DNA of 64,000 nt from Candidatus Woesebacteria bacterium (lineage in GTDB: Bacteria > Patescibacteriota > Microgenomatia > UBA8517). The position numbers were made by a program, and so were the translations under genes. Shown here in pieces: positions 10,901 through 18,582 of this stretch. How positions within the stretch are numbered: the stretch's first letter is position 1; every line of letters begins with the position of its first letter. Below the pieces are notes generated by a model. That model was not told the origin of the DNA. It did not search any database and saw nothing but the letters and a program-made list of their open reading frames with translations. The stretch covers positions 30,017 through 94,016 of the forward strand of contig CP066693.1 in assembly GCA_016432525.1 (NCBI GenBank), given 5' to 3'.

Positions 10901-11501
10901 AAGCTACCAAAATTACAGCAAGAACAACAAAAAGAGTTTGCACATAAAACGATGTTGCGCCAACAATTAGAAACGAAAATAGCAAAATTAAATCTCTTCT
11001 CTTACCAGCTGTTAGATATTTAATTGAAAAATAGATAAACCAAGGCAAAAAACCATAAAAACTCACAAAAGCTTCATATGGATTGTAAAAATTCTGAACT
11101 GTTGCAAGATTTAAAAGATAATATAAAGCCGATGTAAATGAAATTAATCCAGACCCTTTTTTAGTCAATACATACACTCCAAATGGGCCCAAAAATAGCA
11201 TCCCAAATGTCCAAAAATATCTCAAAAAATTTTGCGGCAGAACTGCCGATGTCAAAAATAAAAACAGCTGTCGTGGCAAATCCGCTGCATGGGCCATTCC
11301 CCCTAAAAGCCCCAGTCCCTGATATTCTTGCCAAACTGCAGAAATAGACCTAGATATATTTACCCCGAAATTAAATTCAGGATGTAAATTATCCCAACCT
11401 GTAAGATAAGTTCCCGGAGTGTAATTTCTAACACAAACTATAAAAATAACAATAAAAAGCAAGACAGGGTAAATTGAAAAACGTTTTAAAAAGTTAACCA
11501 T
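7935..11501 (-). CDS. Very large (1188 aa) polytopic membrane protein. The N-terminal half has about 12-14 transmembrane helices and may be a GT-C/YfhO-like glycosyltransferase (not established); the C-terminal half is a large extracytoplasmic domain.
   Basis: A long uninterrupted ORF. Dense hydrophobic helices run through about residue 430. Large hydrophilic loops are rich in Y/W/N. I cannot place the fold reliably from sequence. Confidence 0.7.
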   Translation of the reverse strand: MVNFLKRFSIYPVLLFIVIFIVCVRNYTPGTYLTGWDNLHPEFNFGVNISRSISAVWQEYQGLGLLGGMAHAADLPRQLFLFLTSAVLPQNFLRYFWTFGMLFLGPFGVYVLTKKGSGLISFTSALYYLLNLATVQNFYNPYEAFVSFYGFLPWFIYFSIKYLTAGKRRDLILLFSFLIVGATSFYVQTLFVVLAVILVAFAIETIFRLKKTGIKRVLKLFLTLFIATSFWLFPVLYFTLTNSSVVTTSKINVLSTPETQLMNKGFGNLASVSTLRGFWLEYTDLGRDNKFTYLYDYWKKYLTSNTLAVGYLIFGISLIGIIYLLFNKKLNVRSSIFFVFVLGFYLMMGGSLPLPLFDQIFRSVFTKWAVLMALIYSIGIASFLALVSRFLKKEILLFVVASLIISGTLVFAKPVFQGYLISPTMRIDIPKQYFSLFDYFKNQDKQGRIAFYPVQTFWGWNFYTWGYRGSGFLWYGIPQPILDRAFDVWSNSDESFYHEINTAVYAEDATGVLNVIKKYNVTYVLMDKSVIYPEADRDVFKFDKSLAIFESIGGKIVFQKDFLTVFQFSKQEQPAFYSNVESSGNLVRKDSVFENVSDYASSIKVNNQYPFSDVLREEITGIDYSHDIGGAEYVSIKRKIEGILSKLFLPSLNSQTYVDLSGKASYENHQIKIEFNNPYMFKRNQELIELSNIKPILIDVRNDYSKVAIGISNTYFYLKNNETINISGVRVDTKESVQVKVFDASNGKSIDLTSLFLTSSINKCWEREGRSGAIGFKVNGDQIDFTSRDAIGCASLRLGEFQGSPESLLEVSLPYKSVSESRPDFCIVIEGRSDCLNNDVFYHSFVSTEWSEVTRQILVSSGKNYWLVVSARPSEKSGETWNISYKAPKVFSYPEIGSFSFSGIWNGFNSDRAIDVSFNKGDELEVTFPVKPEKVDFSKTGRNSPSNCDVLQRGEVYKKTISGRLFYEASGRGASCDFSNISNVATDNDFILRLVGENVTGRGMKFYVFDKATNNNDLEMLLNSGKFDQSFGLLKSVNFAKNEFILNLETRSLGGEDSLNYLDGVYLYSIPLNWLSNLKVFDGNIQPQENLVQVNSSRKIGTFWYEFDLNVLKDNSLFSLPQGYDKGWISLPASAHVKVNSWENGWILPKGHYKLVIFYWPQTLEFLGMVMIFGFVFLVIVDKARRRK

Positions 11502-11514
11502 AAAAGGTCCTTAT

Positions 11515-12855
11515 TTATTCTCTAACAAATTCCGGAGAGTATAAAGTAGTTCCAGAGAGAACAGCAGGGTTTATACATACAAAATCATATTTCAAAGAAA
11601 CAAGATTCCAGCTTCGCCCCATTGAAATTTCTGCTCCAGCCAAAGACAATTTTTTCTGCAAATCTGTATCCTTTATTAAATTTATAAGTCGACTTTCAAG
11701 AGATCTTTTTCTCATCGAGAAAATTATACTTTCTTTATTTATTAAATAATTTTTTAGACTATTTTGAATATCGCTCTCTTCAAAGTTAGATGAAAATTTT
11801 TGCGAAACCAAGATAGGTTTTGCGTACTGAAATGCTAAAGAAAGAGCACCGCTTGCTGACATACGAGCTCTATATGGAAATACAACTAGATCCGAAGCTG
11901 CAAAAACAGATTTAACTTCACTTTCAGCTACAAATGCCAAGGAAATTACATTTTTCTTATCTAAATTTATTAATCTATTCAATTTTTTAGAAAATTGAAA
12001 ATAAGATAAGGTACCTCGAAGAGTTGGGCTTTCTCCACCTGCAAGCAAAAGCCTTATTTTGAGTCTGGGATTTTCCTTGGCTATTCGAGAAAGGCAAGAC
12101 ACTATAAAATCAGTTCCCTTATAAGCTGATCTATATCCAAAAGCAAGCACAATAAATTCATCTTTTTTAACTCCAAATTTTTCTCTTGAACTAGCTCTTA
12201 AAAAAGGTGAAAGCCCCTGGTAAGATTCACTTCCATGCGCAATAACAAAAATCTTATTTAAGCTAACATGCTTTGACAATCGTTTCTTTAAAAAATTGTC
12301 ATGAACAATAAAAGCATTTGCAGATAAATTCATAAATTTATAAAAAATAGACAAAAATCTATTTAACACAAAAACTTTAAATCCGTGTCTTTTAATTCCA
12401 AGATGAGCTGAAAGTTCATTCAAATCATTTGAAACCTGATGAATTGCAATACTTACAAACTTCCCTCTTCCCTTAAGTGAGCAAAGATAGAAAATTAAAG
12501 GAAAAAGCGTAATTTTACCTCCATATATACTAAACTCAAATTGCAGATTAATAGAGCTTATTTTAGAAAATTGACGAATAATTTTCTCCATTTGTAAAAA
12601 CATCAATGGATTGCCCAAAGTATAAGTTGGCATAACCAATATATTGCCATTGATAATATAAGGGTCAGTTTTTTCTCTTTTTTCGCAAACAACAACTATT
12701 TTTCTGTTTGCTGGAAAGGCTGATAAAAGAAGTTTAGTGTATCGACAAATTGCATTATCAGACGCAACTTCTCCACCCTCGCTTGGAAATGAAGAAATAA
12801 CCAAAAGGGCATCTTCTAAATTAAATTGATTGATTATTTGATCTGTTAATTTCAT
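11515..12855 (-). CDS. Family-4 glycosyltransferase (GT-B; GT4/GT1-type).
   Basis: C-terminal GT-B signature with paired Glu/acidic residues (…LVVFPYRARMSASGALSLAFQYAKPILVS…, EX7E-like). The size and a Rossmann-like N-terminal half fit. Confidence 0.65.
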   Translation of the reverse strand: MKLTDQIINQFNLEDALLVISSFPSEGGEVASDNAICRYTKLLLSAFPANRKIVVVCEKREKTDPYIINGNILVMPTYTLGNPLMFLQMEKIIRQFSKISSINLQFEFSIYGGKITLFPLIFYLCSLKGRGKFVSIAIHQVSNDLNELSAHLGIKRHGFKVFVLNRFLSIFYKFMNLSANAFIVHDNFLKKRLSKHVSLNKIFVIAHGSESYQGLSPFLRASSREKFGVKKDEFIVLAFGYRSAYKGTDFIVSCLSRIAKENPRLKIRLLLAGGESPTLRGTLSYFQFSKKLNRLINLDKKNVISLAFVAESEVKSVFAASDLVVFPYRARMSASGALSLAFQYAKPILVSQKFSSNFEESDIQNSLKNYLINKESIIFSMRKRSLESRLINLIKDTDLQKKLSLAGAEISMGRSWNLVSLKYDFVCINPAVLSGTTLYSPEFVRE

Positions 12856-12896
12856 TTTTCAAAGTTGGCAAAGAAGAATTTGTAAATTTTGAAAAT

Positions 12897-12958
12897 TGCC
12901 GCGCATGTCAATCAGAGTCTTTCTTGTTAGAAAGTTTTGTCTCTAATTGACAGCGCGG
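12897..12958 (-). terminator. Nested inverted repeat downstream of the 12990..14144 gene; candidate intrinsic terminator or structured element.
   Basis: The outer arms ttGCCGCGCATGTCAAT … ATTGACAGCGCGGgt enclose an inner hairpin CTTTCT-tgtt-AGAAAG. On the minus strand the structure is followed by TTTTCAAAATTT. Confidence 0.35.
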
Positions 12959-12989
12959 GTGCTAGCTAAACTAGCGCTAAGGCATACTG

Positions 12990-14144
12990 TTAGGAAATCG
13001 TGATCGGGGCAAGGCCGTCAATGCCGGTCGGAGTAACAACGTCACCAACCTGAAGGCCAATAACCTTCAAATTGTCATTCGTGATCCAACCTGTCATCTT
13101 CGACATATCCCAAAATTGCGGGAACTCAACGGCCAAGACCTGGTCTTGCAAATCCACACTTTCGTGTGTCTTGTCGAACATCTCGGCGGTCCAGTTGCGC
13201 GTACCACTAGCGCGGATCAAAACCAAGGTATTGCACCCGGTCTGCCCAACGCTCGCGGTAAACGACTTTGCATCCTCATCCAGAATCCCATTCACCGACA
13301 CCAGCGTCGGGTTATCGATCATCGCGCATGATGCACTTTTCGGATCAGGTGACTTGACATCACTCTCGCCTGTCCCAAACTCGACAGTTGTCCCGTCGCT
13401 TTTGTGAAGGACAATAGGCCAATTGTAAGGCTTGTCAGCCTTCAACATGTTTTGGCGCTTCGCCATCACAAACTCGAGGGCAATCGACGGTTTGTTCAAA
13501 GAGTTCGGATCCTGATCCATGTTCCAACCTGGGTCATACGCCCAAATCGAACCTTCAGCGTAGTCGAAAAAACCATTTGTCGCTGAAAGAACAGATTTGT
13601 TCGCAAGCCCATTGGCCCTTAAAACCCAGATGTGGTGTTTGGACTCTTTCAGGTCCTGACGGCCTTCAATCAAAAGGTTACAACCGTTAGCAACAGAGTC
13701 CACCAGATATAACTTGGTGTCAAACCGTAGAGTGTTGGCAACAGGCGCGGTAATCCGTTTACCAGTACCCTTGATATCACACACAGGATACTTAAGAACA
13801 GGCTTTAAAGCCTCTTCAACCGCAGCCAAGTTGGCAACCTTCTCGCTCATCCAAGCCGCACGAACGTAGTGGCCGTCCTTATCAAACAGTCGGGCCAAAA
13901 CCCAGCTATCTCCGCCGACCTGCTTGCGGGCGTTTACCTCAACATAACCGTCAGCTGGTGCAACCGCAAGTTGAGCGCTCGACGAAAGTGCCGAAGCTCG
14001 CATGTTGGTCGGGTTCCCAACCTTGTAAAGGGCGGGAGCCACCCAAGTGACAGTAGCAGGCTCCTGAGCCTTAACCGGCATGCTGCCAATCAAAAGCCCA
14101 ACGACAAAAAGAAAAACGAATACGAAAGTCAGACGCTTGTTCAT
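12990..14144 (-). CDS. Secreted hypothetical protein (384 aa) encoded in a higher-GC islet.
   Basis: Signal peptide MNKRLTFVFVFLFVVGLLIGSMPVKAQEP. The coding sequence is clearly richer in G+C than the flanking genes (12990..15027). I recognise no motif. Confidence 0.6.
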   Translation of the reverse strand: MNKRLTFVFVFLFVVGLLIGSMPVKAQEPATVTWVAPALYKVGNPTNMRASALSSSAQLAVAPADGYVEVNARKQVGGDSWVLARLFDKDGHYVRAAWMSEKVANLAAVEEALKPVLKYPVCDIKGTGKRITAPVANTLRFDTKLYLVDSVANGCNLLIEGRQDLKESKHHIWVLRANGLANKSVLSATNGFFDYAEGSIWAYDPGWNMDQDPNSLNKPSIALEFVMAKRQNMLKADKPYNWPIVLHKSDGTTVEFGTGESDVKSPDPKSASCAMIDNPTLVSVNGILDEDAKSFTASVGQTGCNTLVLIRASGTRNWTAEMFDKTHESVDLQDQVLAVEFPQFWDMSKMTGWITNDNLKVIGLQVGDVVTPTGIDGLAPITIS

Positions 14145-14181
14145 TTTATCCTCCTCTTAGGACGATCAAAGACACACGATA

Positions 14182-14511
14182 CTAGCCAGCAGGAGTAGCT
14201 TTCTGAATCTGCTCCTCTATTTGCTGGGTTTGCTTAAGAAAATCAGCAGTCAATATCAGCGGTGTACTAGTCTCAGTCGACACCAAAGTAAATGTCTCAC
14301 TAGGTTGAATTGTTGGAACAATAATCGGCGTCGCCGACGATGTATTTGTCAGCTCCAATGTAGCACTTGGTTCAATGACACGTGATGTCATTGTCTTGCC
14401 AATCACTTTCACTTCCATCGTAGTGTGCAGTTGAAATCCTGCAAGTGAAACGCAAAGAAAAGCAATAACAAGAAGCGCACTCCAAGAAGCAATCAATTGT
14501 TTTCTGTTCAT
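14182..14511 (-). CDS. Small N-terminally membrane-anchored hypothetical protein (109 aa) in the higher-GC islet.
   Basis: N-terminal hydrophobic helix (LIASWSALLVIAFLCVSLAGF) followed by a Thr/Ser-rich segment. It is co-directional and closely spaced with its neighbours. Confidence 0.45.
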   Translation of the reverse strand: MNRKQLIASWSALLVIAFLCVSLAGFQLHTTMEVKVIGKTMTSRVIEPSATLELTNTSSATPIIVPTIQPSETFTLVSTETSTPLILTADFLKQTQQIEEQIQKATPAG

Positions 14512-14523
14512 GTCCCCTTAGCC

Positions 14524-15027
14524 CTATCTCATGGCAATAGCCAAGATAAAAACGATAGCGCCTCCAAAGGACAATCCAAAGAAAACAGATCCGAGGACAA
14601 TTTCCCACCACTTGAAAGTGATGAGTCCTCTCTGCTTTCGCTCAAGGCGATCGAGCTGTTGTCGCATTTGCGCGACAAAATCAGTGATCAGAATGTTCTG
14701 TTGCTTTCCGTCTGTCTGAACCGTAACCGAAAGAGCTTCGGCCATTTGTCCTGAAAGCCGCCTTGCGATCTCATCAGCAACCTTATCCATTACCTCCTCG
14801 TCTGACATCGATCGAGTTGGTTCAGCGAACGGGTCATGAGCTGCTGACAAAGGCTGAGCAACTGGTCTAACAATCCGCGGCGGATTTGACATCGATCTTG
14901 AAGTCGTCCTATGCGGACCACCAGCTGACACTGGTCCAGGATCAAGATCTCTAAAGATCCCATCAATATCAGAAACAACCTGCTCTTTTTTTGGATCTTT
15001 TTTAGATCCGTGTCCAAAGATACCCAT
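14524..15027 (-). CDS. Hypothetical protein (167 aa) with a C-terminal transmembrane anchor, in the higher-GC islet.
   Basis: Hydrophilic, partly disordered N-terminus. The C-terminus is a transmembrane helix (WWEIVLGSVFFGLSFGGAIVFILAIA). First gene of the three-gene high-GC unit. Confidence 0.45.
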   Translation of the reverse strand: MGIFGHGSKKDPKKEQVVSDIDGIFRDLDPGPVSAGGPHRTTSRSMSNPPRIVRPVAQPLSAAHDPFAEPTRSMSDEEVMDKVADEIARRLSGQMAEALSVTVQTDGKQQNILITDFVAQMRQQLDRLERKQRGLITFKWWEIVLGSVFFGLSFGGAIVFILAIAMR

Positions 15028-15091
15028 CTTATCCTCCGCTTGAATTTCGTATACAATATTCGGGATTTATTCCCAAAATTATGCCTTATTT

Positions 15092-15382
15092 TTAATGTAC
15101 TTTGTTAAATTTATTTGATAGATAGAATAACGCAATTGAACCAAAAATAAAGCCAGCTCCAATTAAAGGTAAATTAATATCTCCTATAGCAGTTGGTGCA
15201 GGACGAAACACTTCCTCTGTTGGAGTTGAAACACCACAAACTACCCCTCCACCATATTGAGTTACACAATTTTCTTGCGCAAACGCAATTTTAGGAAAGG
15301 CAATCAATGTTATTACTGTAATAGCTGTTAGAATAAATTTCTTCATATTTTCAAAAATATATATGACTGAGTAGCATATCAT
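15092..15382 (-). CDS. Small secreted protein with a sortase-sorting-signal-like C-terminus; candidate sortase substrate. The start is probably the internal MKKF.
   Basis: Signal peptide MKKFILTAITVITLIAFPKIAFA. The C-terminal tail is NLPLIG-AGFIFGSIALFYL-SNKFNKVH. This is an LPxxG-like motif, then a hydrophobic stretch, then a basic tail. It lies immediately downstream of a sortase gene. Confidence 0.45.
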   Translation of the reverse strand: MICYSVIYIFENMKKFILTAITVITLIAFPKIAFAQENCVTQYGGGVVCGVSTPTEEVFRPAPTAIGDINLPLIGAGFIFGSIALFYLSNKFNKVH

Positions 15383-15403
15383 CCTTATAGGATAATGTCA
15401 AGC

Positions 15404-16132
15404 CTAAATCTCTAATAACTTTCCGTAAGCAAATACACGAACTGGAGAATTTAAATCATTACATGTATACAAAATCAAATCTGCTGAAAAATCGGATACA
15501 TTTTCGCCAACCGCTACTCCATAGATTGCATAAATATATTTTCTCTGACGCCATGTTATTTCAACTGTATCCCCTGGTTGAAGTCTTGGTAAATTGTAAA
15601 AAGAATTAAGATGGCGATATGTATTATCCCATGAAAGATATCCAAATCTGTGTGCAGCCAAAATTAAAGGAAGGCTTCTATCATAAGCTGTGCCATATGA
15701 AGGATCTCTCCAAACTCCCTTTTTCAAGGCATCTTCATAATTAGCCTCCGCTGCCTCATTAATAGCAGTATTTACTCCAATTGAAGAAATAGTAATCCTA
15801 TTTTCATTTGAAAGTTGAGAATTCTTTGGAGGCTGATAGTTAGATTTTCTTCTAATCCAGCTTTGTTTTTGCTCCTCTAAAGGTTTAACCTCGTCCTGAG
15901 CTTTAGATGAAGGCAAAGATTGGGTAGTGCTTTTGGCTGAAATCTTATACAAAACAGAAGGTCCGTATGATAATAAAAGTACTAGAATTCCCAAAATTGC
16001 AAAAACCAAAGATGCTTTCTTAAGAATCTTAGACATACTAAATTTCCCTGATTTTTGAGATACCTCACTCAAGGCTATTTTAGAGAAATCAGTTGCTGGA
16101 ATATATCCAGGATAATTATTTATGTAGTTCAT
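15404..16132 (-). CDS. Sortase-family transpeptidase. The start is probably the internal Met near 16036 (MSKILKK…).
   Basis: N-terminal transmembrane anchor. Conserved His context (LILAAHRFGY). Catalytic Cys in a TLxTC-like motif (LILYTCND). Downstream conserved Arg (RVFAYGKL). Confidence 0.7.
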   Translation of the reverse strand: MNYINNYPGYIPATDFSKIALSEVSQKSGKFSMSKILKKASLVFAILGILVLLLSYGPSVLYKISAKSTTQSLPSSKAQDEVKPLEEQKQSWIRRKSNYQPPKNSQLSNENRITISSIGVNTAINEAAEANYEDALKKGVWRDPSYGTAYDRSLPLILAAHRFGYLSWDNTYRHLNSFYNLPRLQPGDTVEITWRQRKYIYAIYGVAVGENVSDFSADLILYTCNDLNSPVRVFAYGKLLEI

Positions 16133-16135
16133 AAA

Positions 16136-16203
16136 AAAACAGCTCCAAAAGGTGCGGGTAGTAAGCCTGCCCTACGTACCACCCGCCCCTTTTAAAGCTG
16201 TTT
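16136..16203 (-). terminator. Long GC-rich hairpin followed by a T-run on the minus strand; intrinsic terminator for the upstream radA region.
   Basis: AAACAGCT-CCAAAAGG-TGCGGGTAGTAAGCCTGCCCTACGTACCACCCGC-CCCTTTT-AAAGCTGTTT. The minus strand reads …CTACCCGCACCTTTTGGAGCTGTTTTTTTATG. It abuts the annotated 5' end of the sortase ORF. Confidence 0.5.
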
Positions 16204-16526
16204 AAGTTAAAAGCCTATTGACAGTATAAAGTTAACTTTATACTCTAAAATTGATTTGTCGCTTTGCCTGTCCTAGACAAATCAAGCTAATTTTTAAAAG
16301 GGCATCTCTAAACGTGGCGAGTTCGAGTTAGTTTAAGTCAGCTCGAAAACCCAGCGATAGCAGATGCTCTTTTGCTTCCTAAATACTATCACCCATTTTT
16401 TTAAAAGTCAAATCCCATAACATATACAACCTCCTAATCTACTACAACCTATAATTTCACCAACAAAATTTCAGCCTCGATTTTCGATCAAATTTCGGCC
16501 AATCTAATAAATGTGGATAACTAAAA

Positions 16527-17846
16527 CTATTTTCGAAGGAAACGCTTTATAATCTCAGATACGTAAGAAAAACTTTTGGGAGAGGCAATCATTTTATATC
16601 CAAGCCTTTTAGCCTCTTTCACTCTTTTAGCCTCAGAAAAAACACCTCTTATTTCTCCCAAAAGCCCAACCTCACCAAAACAGACAAACCCTGAAGGAAT
16701 CGCTTTATCAAAATAAGAAGAAGCAATACATAAAGCAATTGCAAGATCAGCTCCAGGCTCGCGAATATTTATTCCCCCAACCACATTCACAAATACATCA
16801 AAATTCTGGATTGGAATTCCACATCTCCTCTCAAGTACCGCCAAAATCACATCAATTCTTCGTGCCTCAATTCCCTGCACAACTCTTCGAGGGTACATAA
16901 GCTTTGTTGGAACAATTAAAGATTGTATCTCAACAATTATTGGCCTTGTCCCTTCCATCAAAACACTTCCACAAGTTCCAGATACTCTTTTACTTTCTTT
17001 ATCCAAAAACATATCAGATAAATTGGCAACAGACTCAAGCCCATTCTCCTTCATTTCAAAAATCCCAACCTCATCAGTTGCTCCATATCGATTTTTGTAT
17101 GCTCTAATCATTCGAGTTGCCAAATTTTTGTCTCCTTCAAACCACAAAACAGTATCAACTAAATGTGCCAAAGTCGCAGGCCCTGCCACATTTCCCTCTT
17201 TAGTTACATGACCAACAATAAAAGTTGGAATTCCGGTTTTCTTTGCCATTCTAACAATCCTGTAAGTAGACTCTCTAACCTGCCCAACCGATCCAGCCAT
17301 TCCAGACAAATCGCTTGTTGAAACAGTTTGGATAGAATCAATTACCAGTGCAGAAGTCTTCTTGTTTCCAGAAGAATTTGTAACCGTAGATAAAATCGAA
17401 TCAATATCGCTTTCCTCAATAATACTAATACTTTTATTCTTGACTTTTAGTCTGTCAGCTCTGATTTTAATTTGATTAACTGATTCTTCAGACGATGCAT
17501 AAAGACAATTGTCCAAGTTGTCACAAACTTGCAAAAGTATTGTTGATTTTCCAATTCCAGGCTCTCCAGAAAGTAGAATCACCTGTCCTAGCACTAATCC
17601 TCCACCCAAAACCCGATCAAGCTCAGATATTTTTGTTGAAACTCGATTTAATTTCTTTGAATTAACTGAAGAAAGTAAAATAGGTTCAACTTTTTTTCCA
17701 CCTTTCGCGCTAGTTCCAGACCCATCTGACTCTAAAACAGTTTCGACCATACTGCTCCATGCTCCACAATTTGGGCATTTTCCACTCCAACCAACTTGAG
17801 AGTAGCCACATTGTTGACAGACGTAGGAAGATCTTGCCTTTGCCAT
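16527..17846 (-). CDS. radA: DNA repair protein RadA/Sms.
   Basis: N-terminal C4 zinc ribbon CQQCGYSQVGWSGKCPNCGAWSS. RecA-like Walker A GEPGIGKST. KNRYG motif and a Lon-protease-like C-terminal domain. The ORF extends to 18038, but the true start is the MAKARSSYVCQQCG Met. Confidence 0.9.
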   Translation of the reverse strand: MAKARSSYVCQQCGYSQVGWSGKCPNCGAWSSMVETVLESDGSGTSAKGGKKVEPILLSSVNSKKLNRVSTKISELDRVLGGGLVLGQVILLSGEPGIGKSTILLQVCDNLDNCLYASSEESVNQIKIRADRLKVKNKSISIIEESDIDSILSTVTNSSGNKKTSALVIDSIQTVSTSDLSGMAGSVGQVRESTYRIVRMAKKTGIPTFIVGHVTKEGNVAGPATLAHLVDTVLWFEGDKNLATRMIRAYKNRYGATDEVGIFEMKENGLESVANLSDMFLDKESKRVSGTCGSVLMEGTRPIIVEIQSLIVPTKLMYPRRVVQGIEARRIDVILAVLERRCGIPIQNFDVFVNVVGGINIREPGADLAIALCIASSYFDKAIPSGFVCFGEVGLLGEIRGVFSEAKRVKEAKRLGYKMIASPKSFSYVSEIIKRFLRK

Positions 17847-17925
17847 AGGCTCATTATGCCACAAAAAAACGGCAGGCAACACTTTATAAAAACAAGTGTG
17901 CGCTGCCGCAACAAAAATAAACTCA

Positions 17926-18501
17926 CTACACAGTTGCATAAACTGTCCCCATCGGTAGAACCATTCCGTAAACTCTGCGCTCTCGCCTTGCATCAATGGC
18001 CAACTTAATCTGCAAAGCCTCTGGGTGCCCAGGCGCATATTTCAAAACAAATCTTATGCTATTTAGAGCACCTGGACGATTATTCTCTCGAACGAATCGC
18101 CTTGCATCCTCAAGATGCTGCACTATCAATATCTCTCTTTGAGCCTTTAGCTCCATTGCCTGCTTTTGAGCAGCCAGCTCAATGCGAGAGAAAACACAAC
18201 TCGCCTCCTCAAGCCAATCCCACAAATCAGAAATAAAATTGAAACGAGAAGGGAAATATATGCCATAGCTTCGAGCTCTTTCAATCCTTTGCTCTAAGCA
18301 AATGGCCGGCTGCTCTGGTTTTACCCAGATTGTTGCAGCGCAACATTCAATTGCCCCAGCCAGTTCATATCGAATCAACTCGATGCGCCCTTGCAAATGA
18401 TCGGGCTGTTCCCACAGATCTCCAAAGGAAAACTCAATTCCTATCGCCTTGGCCTCAGCAACAGCTTCAGCTAGAAAATTTTGAGACATGGTTTCCTCCA
18501 C
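17926..18501 (-). CDS. Hypothetical protein (about 190 aa) with noticeably higher GC than its neighbours.
   Basis: An uninterrupted ORF between radA and rpsA. G+C is visibly above the local roughly one-third background. I recognise no motif. Confidence 0.45.
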   Translation of the reverse strand: MEETMSQNFLAEAVAEAKAIGIEFSFGDLWEQPDHLQGRIELIRYELAGAIECCAATIWVKPEQPAICLEQRIERARSYGIYFPSRFNFISDLWDWLEEASCVFSRIELAAQKQAMELKAQREILIVQHLEDARRFVRENNRPGALNSIRFVLKYAPGHPEALQIKLAIDARRERRVYGMVLPMGTVYATV

Positions 18502-18582
18502 CTATTTTGAAAATGTAAAGATTGCGATGATTTACGTTGGCAAAATAATAACAGAAGCTTAAGCCAAAATCAAATTATAGGA

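Noticed and set aside
13072-14198. Plus-strand ORFs (13072..13407, 13116..13331, 13404..13586, 13869..14198) and the overlapping 14372..15056 calls.
   Set aside because: They are antisense to, or out of frame with, the long minus-strand genes of the high-GC islet. High GC inflates spurious ORF length.
16037-16132. The 5' extension of the sortase ORF (MNYINNYPGY…).
   Set aside because: It runs straight into the T-tract of the upstream terminator hairpin. The internal Met preceding the transmembrane anchor (MSKILKK…) is the more plausible start.
16300-16385. A possible SRP (4.5S) RNA.
   Set aside because: Only a partial motif resemblance (GUCAG…AGCAGAUG). The hairpin apex is not a GNRA/GGAA tetraloop and the symmetric-loop residues do not line up. 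It is kept only as a generic sRNA candidate.
17847-18038. The 5' extension of the radA ORF to 18038.
   Set aside because: The extension overlaps the neighbouring 191-aa gene and lacks the conserved RadA N-terminus. The zinc-ribbon start MAKARSSYVCQQCG near 17846 is the credible start.
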